From Rhizodiscina lignyota (taxonomy: Eukaryota), in assembly GCA_010015805.1 (NCBI GenBank), contig ML978141.1, positions 124,001-188,000 on the forward strand: a DNA stretch of 64,000 nucleotides, in the 5' to 3' direction. The notes beneath the pieces were generated by a model. That model made no database searches and was not told the origin of the DNA. It saw only the letters and a program-made list of their open reading frames with translations. Below, piece by piece: positions 34,580-46,067 of this stretch (positions within the stretch are counted from its first letter, which is position 1; each line of letters starts with the position of its first letter). The position numbers and the translations under genes are program-made.

Positions 34580-37329
34580 ATGGATAGTACTTCATCCGCG
34601 TTAGCTTCCGCCCTCTTTCAGTGGATCAATACTTTCGCCCTTCCCTCACGCGTAGAATCATGGAGAGATTTGGAGGATGGGCAGATTCTGTGGCTGGTGC
34701 TGCAGAACATCGACCCGGGCTATTTTCAAGGCTCCTTGCCTGGGACGGATCGCAAGTCGACCGACAATTGGATACCGCGATGGCAGAACTTGAAGCATAT
34801 CGACCGGATGGCTACAACGTACATTCGGGACGAGTGTGGACAGTTACAATACCTTTCCAGGAATATGAATCCGGATCTCAAGGCTATAGCTATAGATGGC
34901 TCACCGGAGCAGAGCCTCAAGGTACGCCATATCTCACCTCGCCATCTGAGCGCTTCGCCCATGCTAACAGTTCCGATCATGTTGCAGTTACTGCAGTCTG
35001 TCCTGCTAGCTGCCATGTATTCCCCCGTATCGAACCAGCGCATGGTGAAAATAATGCAGGGGCTGGGTGGGAAAGTAGGAGCTCCCATAATGAACGCCAT
35101 ACAGGAGGCAGAAGCATTAGATGCTAGGCTTGAGGAATATGGCACGTCACAAGATGACAGTAATGATATTGACACTTCAGGGGAGTCAGATTCTGCGCCG
35201 CGGGGGGCTTCGTTCGATCGAGACCCAGAGCTGGAGCGAGAAGAGAAGCTCATCCAGGCCATGCAGAAGAATAAAGAGTTGGATGATCAGGTCACATTGT
35301 TGACGGAGGACAAGAAAGAAGGCGAGGAGACAATCGCGAAGCTCAAGCAGCGGCTTGCAGCTACTGAGGACGAGCTCGAGCGGCGGCAGCAGCACGGCAT
35401 AAGTGACCAAGATCTAGACGACTACAGATCCAAGTCGCAAAGTGAGCGAGACTACATCGCTGAGTTGGAGTCTGACCTTCAATTCAATAAATCCAAGGTC
35501 GAGGAGCAAGATCGACAGATCGAGCGACTCAAGGAAGATGCCACGACAAAGCAGCAACTACGCGACGAGTTACAATTGGCCAAGGCGGAATGCGACGAGC
35601 TCGCATCAAAAGCCAAAGCGACTGAGAATCTCAAGAAGAAGATCCAGGTCCTCCAGGACGACGCCAAAAGCGCTGCCTCGCTCCGTAGCCAGCTACAAGC
35701 TGCCAACGAGAAGTTGGAAGAGCTGGAGCCCCTCAGAGACGAAAACATAATGCTCCGGAAGGCAAACGAGGAGAGTGCCAAAGCAATCGCAAATGGTGAA
35801 CAGGCAGTGTTCGACCAGAAGACTGCTCGGCAACATAAGGAGCATGAATACAATGTCCTGTTGCAGAAGTACGACCAGCAGAAAGATATGAACGCTCGTC
35901 TTATGGAAACGATTCGTGAGCAAGAGGAGCATATACGCGACTCGGGCAACCAAGGAGGGGACGGTGAGCGCCTGGAAAGCCTTGATGATGAGTTGGAGGC
36001 CACAGAGAAGAGCCAACAAGTCTTGTCAGTCGCCCGCGCTGCTTTTATGTTTACAGGTGCATTAATGCGTCGATACAGATCAAAGGCAACCACCAAGGCC
36101 GCAGCCACAGATGCTGTCCTGCTCCAACAAAAGTTGGATGCTCAAAGCTATCGCGTCCACGACCTCGAAGAGAAGTATCTCAACGTTTACCAGGAAAACC
36201 TCGGTCTCAACGATGTTATCACGACTGGAGCTGGCTCTGACCAGCTGGAAGAGACGTCGTACTTTGTGCGACAGCGAGATCAGCTCCAAGCGACCTCAAA
36301 GGAGCTTGAAGGAACCAAGAGCAAATATATTGCGTCTACATCTGAACTTGCTGACCTCAAGCACCGTCTAGCTGCCGCAGAGACCGGCGACTCGAATGCC
36401 AACGTGGAAGCACTCAAGTTCAACAAGGAGCGCCAGGAGCATACCGAAAAGCTTGAGCTCGACAATCAAGAACTTCGAGATCTCGTTTGGCATGCTCTGA
36501 AGCGCGATAACGCCAACGTCCCCGATGATATCCGCGAGTCTAATGAATACAAGCTTATCCGCGAACAGCTAGTAGTGCTTCATGCCGCGTCTTCCGCAGA
36601 CGCTCCACAGACAATCGATCACACGGCAGCGCGACTCGCAGACAGAGCTATCAAGGCTGGAAAGGAGCTCCAAGATACGACAAAGGTAGGCGACCAGTTC
36701 ACTTACCATCACTCTGCATCAGGGGACATCAACCCCGCGCCAACTGCACCGCGTCCCGCGCTTCAACGTTCGTCATCCGGTACTCCCGCCCTGCAGTTCT
36801 CGAGCGAGAGTACAGGTGACAAGTTCCCTTGTTGGGCAGGCATGGGCTTCGAGGGTCCCTATCTTCACTCGGTCAAAAAGCCGTCTTGGTGGAGTAGTAT
36901 GTTTACCAAGAATCCTCGCTAATGTCGGTAAACAGCGCGCGGAAGAGCATGTTGCTCAGATCCAATCGCTACAGCGCGAGCTCGAGATGGCAAAGAAAGT
37001 CGGAGGCGACGGAGCCTTGGTATGTGTGACCGCGGATGTCATTGACATCGGCATTTTGGCAGTGCGCAAGAGTCCTTCTGACAAGCGACATACAGCCTGC
37101 GGCTTCGCAGCAGGAGCTCGTCAACCTGCGCCGGGAGAACAAACTCCTCACAAGCGCGTGGTACGATCTTACATCACGGCTGCAAAGCAACACAGTCGTC
37201 CTCCAGCGACGCAGCGAGCCGCCGAAGAGCTGGCTAGGCAGGCAACGGCTTGCGGTCGGGCAGGGTGGAGGAGGAGGATCCACGGTGCGTCGCATCTCGT
37301 CTCGTCCTTCTCCAGATCTTGCTTCCTAG
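34580..37329 (+). CDS. hookA: Hook family dynein adaptor (HookA/Hok1); exact 3' end uncertain
   Basis: N-terminal Hook domain (LFQWINTF...DLEDGQILW...NWIPRWQNLKHI), long coiled coil, and the C-terminal LRRENKLLTSAWYDLTSRLQ...SWLGRQR motif. Introns at 34922-34987, 36025-36078, 36686-36935 and ~37020-37096. Confidence 0.88.
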
Positions 37330-39713
37330 TTCCTTGTTGCTTTAACCTTTTCCCTGGGTGGGCTCTCCCGCCTGGTCGATTTTCACATGGATGGATTGTG
37401 GGTCGGCGACTCTCGGGGTTATTTACTTTAGTCGGCAGTTTGATGTTCCATTTGTCGTCTACTTAATATTATCTCTGCTATTGCGTTGGCGTAGTTTTCG
37501 ATTTCGTCTGCTGATTGCAGATTCTCTTACACGTTCTTCTCATATGAAGGCTATGTGATGCTTTGTGTTTCCCACCTTTCCTATTCGAGCATGATCCCTG
37601 TGCAAATCCTGACACGCTGGCAACTGCAGAGACGATGACAGGCGCCTCAACGACGATGAAACAAGGCGGTGAACTGTGCCCGCTGCGATTCGATGACGAG
37701 TGCGCGAGCACGATTGGATTTTCCATGAATTCCTGAAATGCGGGAGGCGGGAAACCGCACGAATTGTTTCGACGTCGCTAGCAGCCGCGGCAGCACCTCG
37801 AAACACTGCGGGGGGCTTTGGGATGACTGCCGACTGCTGCGGTAGAGGATCGTTTATGCGTTGGCCGCGAAAAGACTCGGCGAATCGTTTGGTGCATTCC
37901 TCATCTTTGTACGTTTTCTATCAGCATGCGCGGCGTGCCGGTCACCTTTGTGTTTACTCATACCCCAGTGCGCGATTGAGAGGTGCGCGAGAGGCGAGGT
38001 CTTGGGACCGGTCACTGCATAGTACGAACGGCGTTCACGCATTGGTGGGGACGCTCTGCAATAGAAGTGGGCTACTTTCGACTTGCGCAGTATCGCGCTG
38101 CAGTCTCTCGCCAACGCGTTGGATTGGGCAGCACTGTAGATCCGCTTGCGCCTTTTCCGCGCAGCGCTTGTTGGAAATTGTATTTGCTTTTCCTCATGTA
38201 AAGGCTCGTGTTGTGCCTTTGCGCTGCCTCACCTTGAGGGATGTGCATCGCGCGTCGAACGCACACCACAACTCTGCGTGTCTCACTCTTATTTCGTTGC
38301 ACGTATTGCGTTCTAGACTACTGCTTTCTTATTCCCGGTCGTCGATCTCCAGCAGACTACAGTAGTTGGGCGCTTGGTCGGAGTTCGGCATCGCGCGCGG
38401 TGCGTTCGGGAGGCCCTCCGTGCGTGTGCTCTCCTCGTTTTGCCTTCTGACATGGCTGTCACTACTGCCCTTCTCTTCGCGCGCCCTCCGGCGGTTTTTC
38501 AGCAGCAACTGGTGTTGGGCAGCGGGCCGGTCAGGAAGGTCAATCAAGGCTGTCCCCTTCTGCCTGACTCGCTTCCCGGTTCTCGAGTCCTCGTTGCTCG
38601 ATGCTTTTGTTTCCTACGACTCGTGAACGAATACGATGGAGCGCTCCCTCGCGCACCCACCCGTCTCCAAAGCTGCTCCTGCAACTGTGCTCTAATTATC
38701 AAATCTTCACGCGCCGTTCCACACCCACTGCCGGTGGGAGGAGTGACGTTCCCTTTTCGGGAACCGGTACCCGCACGTTCGTCATCAGTCTCGTCGCCAT
38801 CAGCTGGATTGGGATGTAGCAGGCTGCTTATAGGTGACATGTAGGTGATATGCGTCCTGTTGCCTCACCATGGCGTGAGGCGGGATCAACCGCAAATCTT
38901 GTCTCAGTGCCTCATGCGTTGGTTCCGCCATAGAGGTAAGGGGATTCGGTATTTGATGCCTAATGTTTGAAATTTACGATACAACGTGAAAACGAGACAA
39001 GATATGAAGCAGAAAGTTGCAATGGCCTCTAACGCTCCGTTGACTTGGGTGTCGGTGACGCCCAAGCTATGTACTCTCTCATAGTCCTCGCAGAGTTCGG
39101 TGCAAAAGGAGGATAGTACATAGATACTGCTTTGCTAGCTAGCTACGAGTAATTACACAATGGCCACAGCTCGGTGAGAGCTCCGTGATGATCATCTATA
39201 CAATCTTTGTGCCCGCGGGGCTCTGGTGTTGGTCTACATATCAGTTTTTTCCACCTGCCTCCCAAGGTTGGTAGATCTGGGGAAAGGAGTACGTCAAGTA
39301 CATCGTGAGTTTTGCAGCCAGTGCTCATAATGGCCAGCTAGAATAAAACAGTAGAAGCATGTTCGTGAGGTCGTTGCGCTCAATCTCGGAGCCGTGCCAG
39401 AACGACAAAAGGAAAGGAAACAAAATTCGTCGCACACGTTTGTGGCTTTGAAAAAGTACAGATAGCAGAATTGCAAAGACAATAGAAGGACCGTTCCCAC
39501 ACCGCTATGCAAACGAGGTAACAAGATAACATAGAAGAAATGAAGGGCTCTTGTGTGGCCTTGAAATCAAAAACAATCGCTCAAAAGCAACGCTAGAACA
39601 ACTGAAGGAATAGAGCGCTCTGCCGACCCAATGAATGCAAACAAAAGAAATGGTTGTGGATATAATCGAGTCCTATCGTCCGTGTGCGAACCGTCGAACC
39701 TCCCTCCGCGTAA

Positions 39714-41040
39714 TTAAGCCTTTGTGACTTCTTCGCCCCGGGAGCCAGTCTTCGCGATGGGCGAGTCCTGTTTCATCGCAGGATCGTGGTACCACTGCTC
39801 TCGATCCCTCTCTCTTTCTGCTTCCTTTTCCCTCTCTCTATCACCAACCAGTTCCATTTCTTCAACCTCGCTCTTCACATTCCTCCGATCATCTCCAGCT
39901 CCTTCGTTCAGAGGTGGGAGAAGAATACCGCTCGTGCCTCCAATACTGGTGCTCTGAGTCCGACTCCTCCTGCCTTGCGCACTGCTCCTCCTTCGCTTCC
40001 CAGGCCCTACTTCCTCGCCTGCCCTAGAAATCGTCGCGCCTGGAGTAGTAGGAGTTGGCGTTGGTCCTGTTGTGGCTGATGGTGGAGATCGACTTGTGCG
40101 AACGTTTTGCGGGTTGATGAGGAACGGTCCATGGTTTGCGCGCGAGGCGATCTCATCAGGTCCCATTGCCCAGATAGCATCCTCGACAGCACGAGAAGGA
40201 AGGCCCATCTCTTTACCAATGCAGTCCCATATCTCTTTTCGGAATCTGGTGGTTTAAATGTTAGGAAAAAGTGGCTTAGAGTCGTCTGCGTGGTTGGAGC
40301 AGTGATTGCGACAAAGACGGCAGAAACGATTGCAAAAACGACGGGTGCATTCAAGGGCAACTGCTGGAGAATAGGCGTTCATTGTGGGCAAAAGTTCACG
40401 CGCTGGCTTACCTCATGTATAGACGCGCAAGAGTGTTCTTCTTCTCCTCGTTCCACTCTTGCTTCTTCTCGCTATAGTTCTGGTACCGTAAGCGGCAGCT
40501 TGTCGAACTGCGCCCAGGTATGCGCTTCGCAATGTCCTCCCATTTCATGCCTGTGCGACGGAGCTCCACGTTCAACTGTGTCTCTTCGTCGTTCCATTTC
40601 GACGCCTTCTTGGCTGGCTCTCCTGGGAGCGGCGTCGGCGGCGCTGAGCGCTTGTTTAGGCTCGACGAGACGCTGGGCAAGGTCGTGATGGGATGGGGGC
40701 TGTAGGCTGAAGAAGTCGCTGGAGGATTAGCTGAGGGAAGAGGGTAGAGAGTCCGCTGCTGAGAGGAGCCATGGTGGGGATCTGCGAATTGCGCTGGCGA
40801 TGGGAGAACGGGGCTTCGCTGAAGAGGAGCATTGGATGGGGCTGGTAGAAGACTGTTGTAAGGTCCGATCGTCACTGGAGTTGGTGTAGAGCCATACGTG
40901 GAAGCTGGGGTGTAAGGAGACGGTTCTGCAATAAATGCCTTGGAACCACCAGTCGACGAGGTCGCAGAAGTGGTACTTCTGTTTCCTCTAGGAGGAGGAG
41001 ACTCTGAGTCTCTCGACTCGATGAGCCTCGAGATATCCAC
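39714..41040 (-). CDS. Myb-like DNA-binding transcription factor (two repeats), apparent GTG start
   Basis: SKWNDEETQLNVELRRTGMKWEDIAKRIPGRSSTSCRLRYQNY and WNEEKKNTLARLYMR|FRKEIWDCIGKEMGLP. Intron 40246-40411. Confidence 0.85.
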
Positions 41041-44000
41041 GACGAAGGTGTTGAGGCAGGCTTAACCAAAGTCTCGCCTGCTGAACTGGTCGAAGACTGG
41101 GAGTCGAGGTCGAACAACACCACATCCAGAGGAAGACGATCGAGTCACGGTTCCAGAGTCGTCCTATATGGCTTCTAGATGAGAACAGGACTGCTGTTTC
41201 CGAACTGTAGATGCTTCTTCTAGCCAAAACACCTGGAGCCCCGGCCGTTCCCAATCAGTCGATGGTCAAGGGTTCGTGATCCGCTTTTCGAGCAGGCGTT
41301 TGCTTCAGAGTATAGGAGGACTTCATCAAACAGATATTACCAGTGATTTCGCAAAGCGCTCCTGACAGTTCCTCTGGTGTTGTTGTACAGCAAAACGAAG
41401 TGATGACGCTTTCGTAAGTCGCCAGCGTCAAGCGGAAGTTTCGCGCTTTGACAGCAAAACGAAAGCGGCGGAGCCGGGAATCTTGTATGTCTACTAGACA
41501 GGGAGGATCTTCCAGATTAGAACGTGAATCGACGCCCAGCAGACTAAACAGGTTTGGTAATATTCGCAGCGCATGCGGCTCCGGAACACCTTGGCTCTTG
41601 CGAGAATGCGGAGGTATGCAAGTAAGTGCTACAAAAACAGCCACAGGGAAACGTGGTGGATAGCACGGACGCGTTAAGGGTGAGATGTGAAGAGGCGTTG
41701 GTAATAAACTGATGGGATGGAAAGACGTGCTGTCATTCGTGCTCTCAGATCGGGAGTCGAGCTGCCAGTCACGTCTGGCGTCTCAATGGTCGCCTCCACG
41801 AGCGCTTTTTTGGGCCGACCCAACGGCCACCGAACAGGGGATGAAACACACAATATCCAATCGAGTGTGGCAAAGGCTGCTAAGAATCTGAGCCACCCTG
41901 TCTACAAACGGATGGAGGAGGAATGTGGACAGTCAGTTCGAGCATGCAAAATGGCGAAATAGAAAATTTGCGGTGCATGACAGCTAGCTGTTTGGACGAC
42001 CACGGACTACTTAGCCAGGCCCTGTCAGATGCGCCACAAGATCCAGCGCCTGTCCCGGGATCAACCTCACAGTTCGAAAATGAAGACAGCTGATCACGGC
42101 CATCCATCAGAAAGCGTCGCCTCGTCTCAGCAGGCCCCAAGCAGCTCCAGAAAAGCACTGCCATTCTCATGGAGTGACGTGGCCACCCGTTAGGCGAAGG
42201 GAACGAGCGCAAGAATACAAGAACCTTGGCCCTCCCCAATCTTGCACTGCGGTTTATTCGAGCAAGATCTCGTCGCAGCACCTACCTGCCTACCTTCTGG
42301 GAACGGCGATTCAGTGCAAAGTCGGTGAGGACTCCCAGGGATATCTGGTCTTTGTAGGGCTAAGTCGGATCGAAGCGCGATGTGTTGGCGAACGATGATC
42401 TGCAGACCAGTTTAGGGGTGGGAAATACCATCTCCCGCCAGCCGCCCAAAAAATAAGCTTAGCTAAGTAGTGCCCATGGCCTAGAGGAGCAGGGGGGCAG
42501 GTGATGTATGTGATGTGCACTTGAAGCCGAGTAGCGCTTCAACGGTGCGCTATGGCGAAAGCTTCCTCTCTGGGAATTTGATACAGAATAGCGGTCAGTT
42601 GCCGGCTCGGGCAGCCGGAGAAATTTGTTTCAAAGGTCTCAAGAGGCGCAAGATACACGGTTTGCGGGTAGCAGCAACAGCGGAAGCGGCTGCCGTCGGG
42701 CGTGCTGGTGCAACGAAATCAATTTTTTCCACGTGAACAAAAGGTCTTCAAACGCCGGAGGCCATATTTGGCGCCTGAAGGAGGTGCCGGTGCATGACGA
42801 GAACCCGTGTTCGTGTAACCGAGGTGAGAGGGAGGGCAGAATGATGCAGCGAGCGGTGAAAAGGAGGCCGATTGCTGGAGCTGTTGGCGGGAGGTTCGAG
42901 ACGTCGATCGAGCATGTTGTACATCTGCAAATAGAGCAGATGGCGCCATCATGCCACACCAAGCCTGCATGCGGAAGACGCCTCAGAGCCTATAATACAG
43001 CCTTATATAACCCCGGGCGCTCTGCTACCAAGCAGCTGGGTCGAAGGAGGCCAAGGATCATGTTGACAGAACGTCATACTTGTTGACTGCAACAACCTCG
43101 AGTCAGATGCAGCGCTATTGGACTCCAAAAGCAAGCTGAGATAGAGCGAACAGGTGTTTGCCGGCTGAATGAGGGGCACGGTGCACGCGATCCTTGGGCG
43201 TACGGCACGGCCAAGGGTCCTCTGGTAAAGAAAAACCAATAGGGGAATACAGCGGTGCTGACCAGAGCGCGCTCGCATGCTCCACACTAGACAACGCAGC
43301 AGAGGAGTGGTAACGTGCCGGCAAAATATGCTCCTCTTCACTGCTTCAGACACTCCATCGACGTTGACACTGCCGTAAGAACGGCAAAAACCGCTCTACA
43401 CGGTGGTGCAGTAAGCCCTAGAGCCAGCTACCCAGCGTGCTGGAGACGGCGATGGATGATGGAGTTCTTGAGCCTCCTGGCACCCACCGAGCGTTCTCAT
43501 GCACGGTAGCTAGTTCGACGGCGCAGTCGGAGGCAATTCCTTTGCCGGGATCCATCGACTTGGCCGTTCTCGCCCTAAAAAGCACTGAGTTGGGACGAAA
43601 AAGAACAAAGAGCTGTGGCATCCCTTCCCTGCCGCATGATCGCACGTTTGCAGGGAGCGCAGGCTCGAGGAGATCGGAAACAGAGCCGCGCGAACCGACA
43701 AAGCAATTGTCGGCGGCGCTGGCAGAGCATTTCAGCGAGGACAGAGCAGCTGGAAAGGCGATGGTGGTTGGTGGAGGGCGGAGGGTGGCGTGGGGGCTTC
43801 CGGAAGTCGGTCACGTGCCACGTTTGCGCAGAACTGTGGCGAGTGACACGGCGAGCCTCACCTCTGCTGCCTCTGGGCTGGTGTTACATGAAGGAAATGC
43901 AATATCAACCATCCTGACACGCCCCTCTTCCCACCACTCGCTGTTTTCTCCACTCACCGCTTCCCGGCTGCTGGCCGCCGGCTTGCTTTGGCTTGGACTC

Positions 44001-44177
44001 CACGCCTTTGCGAACAGCCCTCTTCCCTGGCGTCGCCTTCCTTATCCAGCCCACTTTACCGCTGCATCATAACCTTCTGCTTGAGAGCACATTTCTGCAT
44101 CGCAAGACCCCCGACTGCCGGATATTTGCTGCTCCCGACTACCTAGTGCCATCCACAGACACCACCTCAGACACACG

Positions 44178-45766
44178 ATGCAGTCTGCGGCAGACGTTCC
44201 CATCATCGTCAACTCCTCAAACTCCTCCTCAGAGCGGCGCGTCAGCCCGTCATGGAGCATCGCCCAGTTCAAAACGCGTCTGGAGCCCATTACGGGTATT
44301 CCGGCATCATCACAGCGGCTGAGTCTCCGCGTTGGCTCTCGAGAAGTCGGGGACATCGAGGCACCAGCTGGAGGGAATGGCGAAGAGGGCACGCAATTGG
44401 CTTCGTTCCCGTTGCAGGCATACGCTGAGATATATGTGAGTGGCATTGCAAATCTCCCTGACGCTTTTGCTTTTCCATAAGCCTCAAATGTCCAACCTCT
44501 GGCGCGTCTGTTTAGGCAGGTTCAAGCCTGCCTTCATGTTTCCATTCGTTCTCATGCCCCGGTCCGCCCTCAGCAAAGCAACAAAGTTCCTCGTATGAAA
44601 CACTGCCACATAGTTCTCGGGCCCTGTCGCACAGCCGAGGCCTGGTCGACAGGTTCCGGACCCCTGTCGGAGATCTATCGAAATTCAACATAAACGGCTG
44701 CCTATTCTATGCCGGTCATCTCTGACATGCGCTGTATCTCGTTTTCTTTTCTGCTTTCAGCGCTGCAATCCGACATCCCGACCTCCGTTTTGGACATCTT
44801 CGCCCGCGCATCTCCGCGCTTTCAACTCCACGCAACGCCGAATATGCATGTGTTCCTGCCGCAGCTCTCACTGTGGCGCATTCGACCCTTGGAACTTGAT
44901 GAATAGGCTTGTTTCCGATGAAGCTGCTCCAGAAAAAGCCTGCCGTCGTCGCTCTTTCAAACGTTCCATTGAGAATGCTGTTCCAAATCGGGAAACCGCC
45001 GCGCAGCGCGTTGCTCCGTTGGGATCCTCCTTCACATTGCAGGGTCCCCAGTTGTTGACGTCCAACCATTGCTGGAATGACTTCAGCTGGCTGTGATGGC
45101 CAGTCATTGGAGGCTTCAGTCACGCAAAACACATCCTATATTTCTTCGTCTAATTTTGGTGCTGTTCATTTACTTCCCTGATTCGCATCATCAATATGAT
45201 GATTATTCGGCTGAGCGGACATGACACTCGGACCTGCTCCGCTCAGCAGTCAACAAAGCTGACCAACGTTCTTCTAGGTCCATGACACCCGTCCGGCCGC
45301 CGCACGTGTGGATTTCACGGATCCTTCCTCAGTCCCGAAGTACACGATGCCCACCAACACGTATGAGGCTCTGCCCAACTCAGTGTTGTCCTGGAAGAGG
45401 GCAAACAACCTGGGCCGCTTTGATCCCGCCGCACCCTCCATCGAAGAGCAAAAGGTTCTCGCTCTCGAGCGCGAGGTCTCTGAGCGTCATATCGAAGTCG
45501 GCAAGAGGTGTCAGTTGCTACCCGAGAGTGACGGCCGGAGAGGCGAGGTTGCGTTTGTCGGTGTTGTTGACCAGATTCCTGGAACCAAAGGACCATGGGT
45601 CGGCGTTAGGCTGGACGAACCCACCGGGAAGAACGATGGGTCAGTAAGTGGCTCAAGGTACTTTGAAGCGAAGGAAAAATGCGGTGTCTTCGTGCGACCG
45701 GAGCGTGTGGAAGTGGGCGACTTTCCGGTCTTGGATGAGCTAGGAGAAGAGATGGAGGAGATATGA
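44178..45766 (+). CDS. alp11: Tubulin-folding cofactor B (ubiquitin-like + CAP-Gly)
   Basis: SERRVSPSWSIAQFKTRLEPITGIP (Ubl domain); WVGVRLDEPTGKNDGSV...GVFVRPERVEVGDFP (CAP-Gly). 842-nt intron 44436-45277. Confidence 0.95.
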
Positions 45767-46067
45767 AAGGCAGGACCAGGAGATTTGGCAGTGATACCTA
45801 ATGATATGGTAGGTCTTGAGGCATTAACAGCATCATCAGCGTCCAGTGTACATCGTTATACCAGCGATCAAGGAACACCACCTTGATCGCAGTCGCCAGA
45901 CAAAATGTTACCAACTACTGCAGAGGATCAAAACAATCGAAAGAGTTCATCCCAATTCCAAATGTAGTATTCATGAGAACAGCCGTCCCAAAGTCGTGTT
46001 CAAAGCACTACCGAGATTTGACCAACTCCCGCAAATGCGAATTCGTGTCCGACTGCCAGCCACCCGA

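Noticed and set aside
41100..44100. Numerous 60-210 aa ORFs in the Myb/TBCB intergenic region
   Set aside because: Low-complexity GC-rich chance ORFs on both strands with no domains; more likely a long regulatory region or 5' UTR.
45210..45247. GCTGAG...ACCTG resembling a TPP riboswitch
   Set aside because: Lacks CTGAGA and the remaining conserved TPP aptamer core; it is a simple hairpin and the host gene is unrelated to thiamine.
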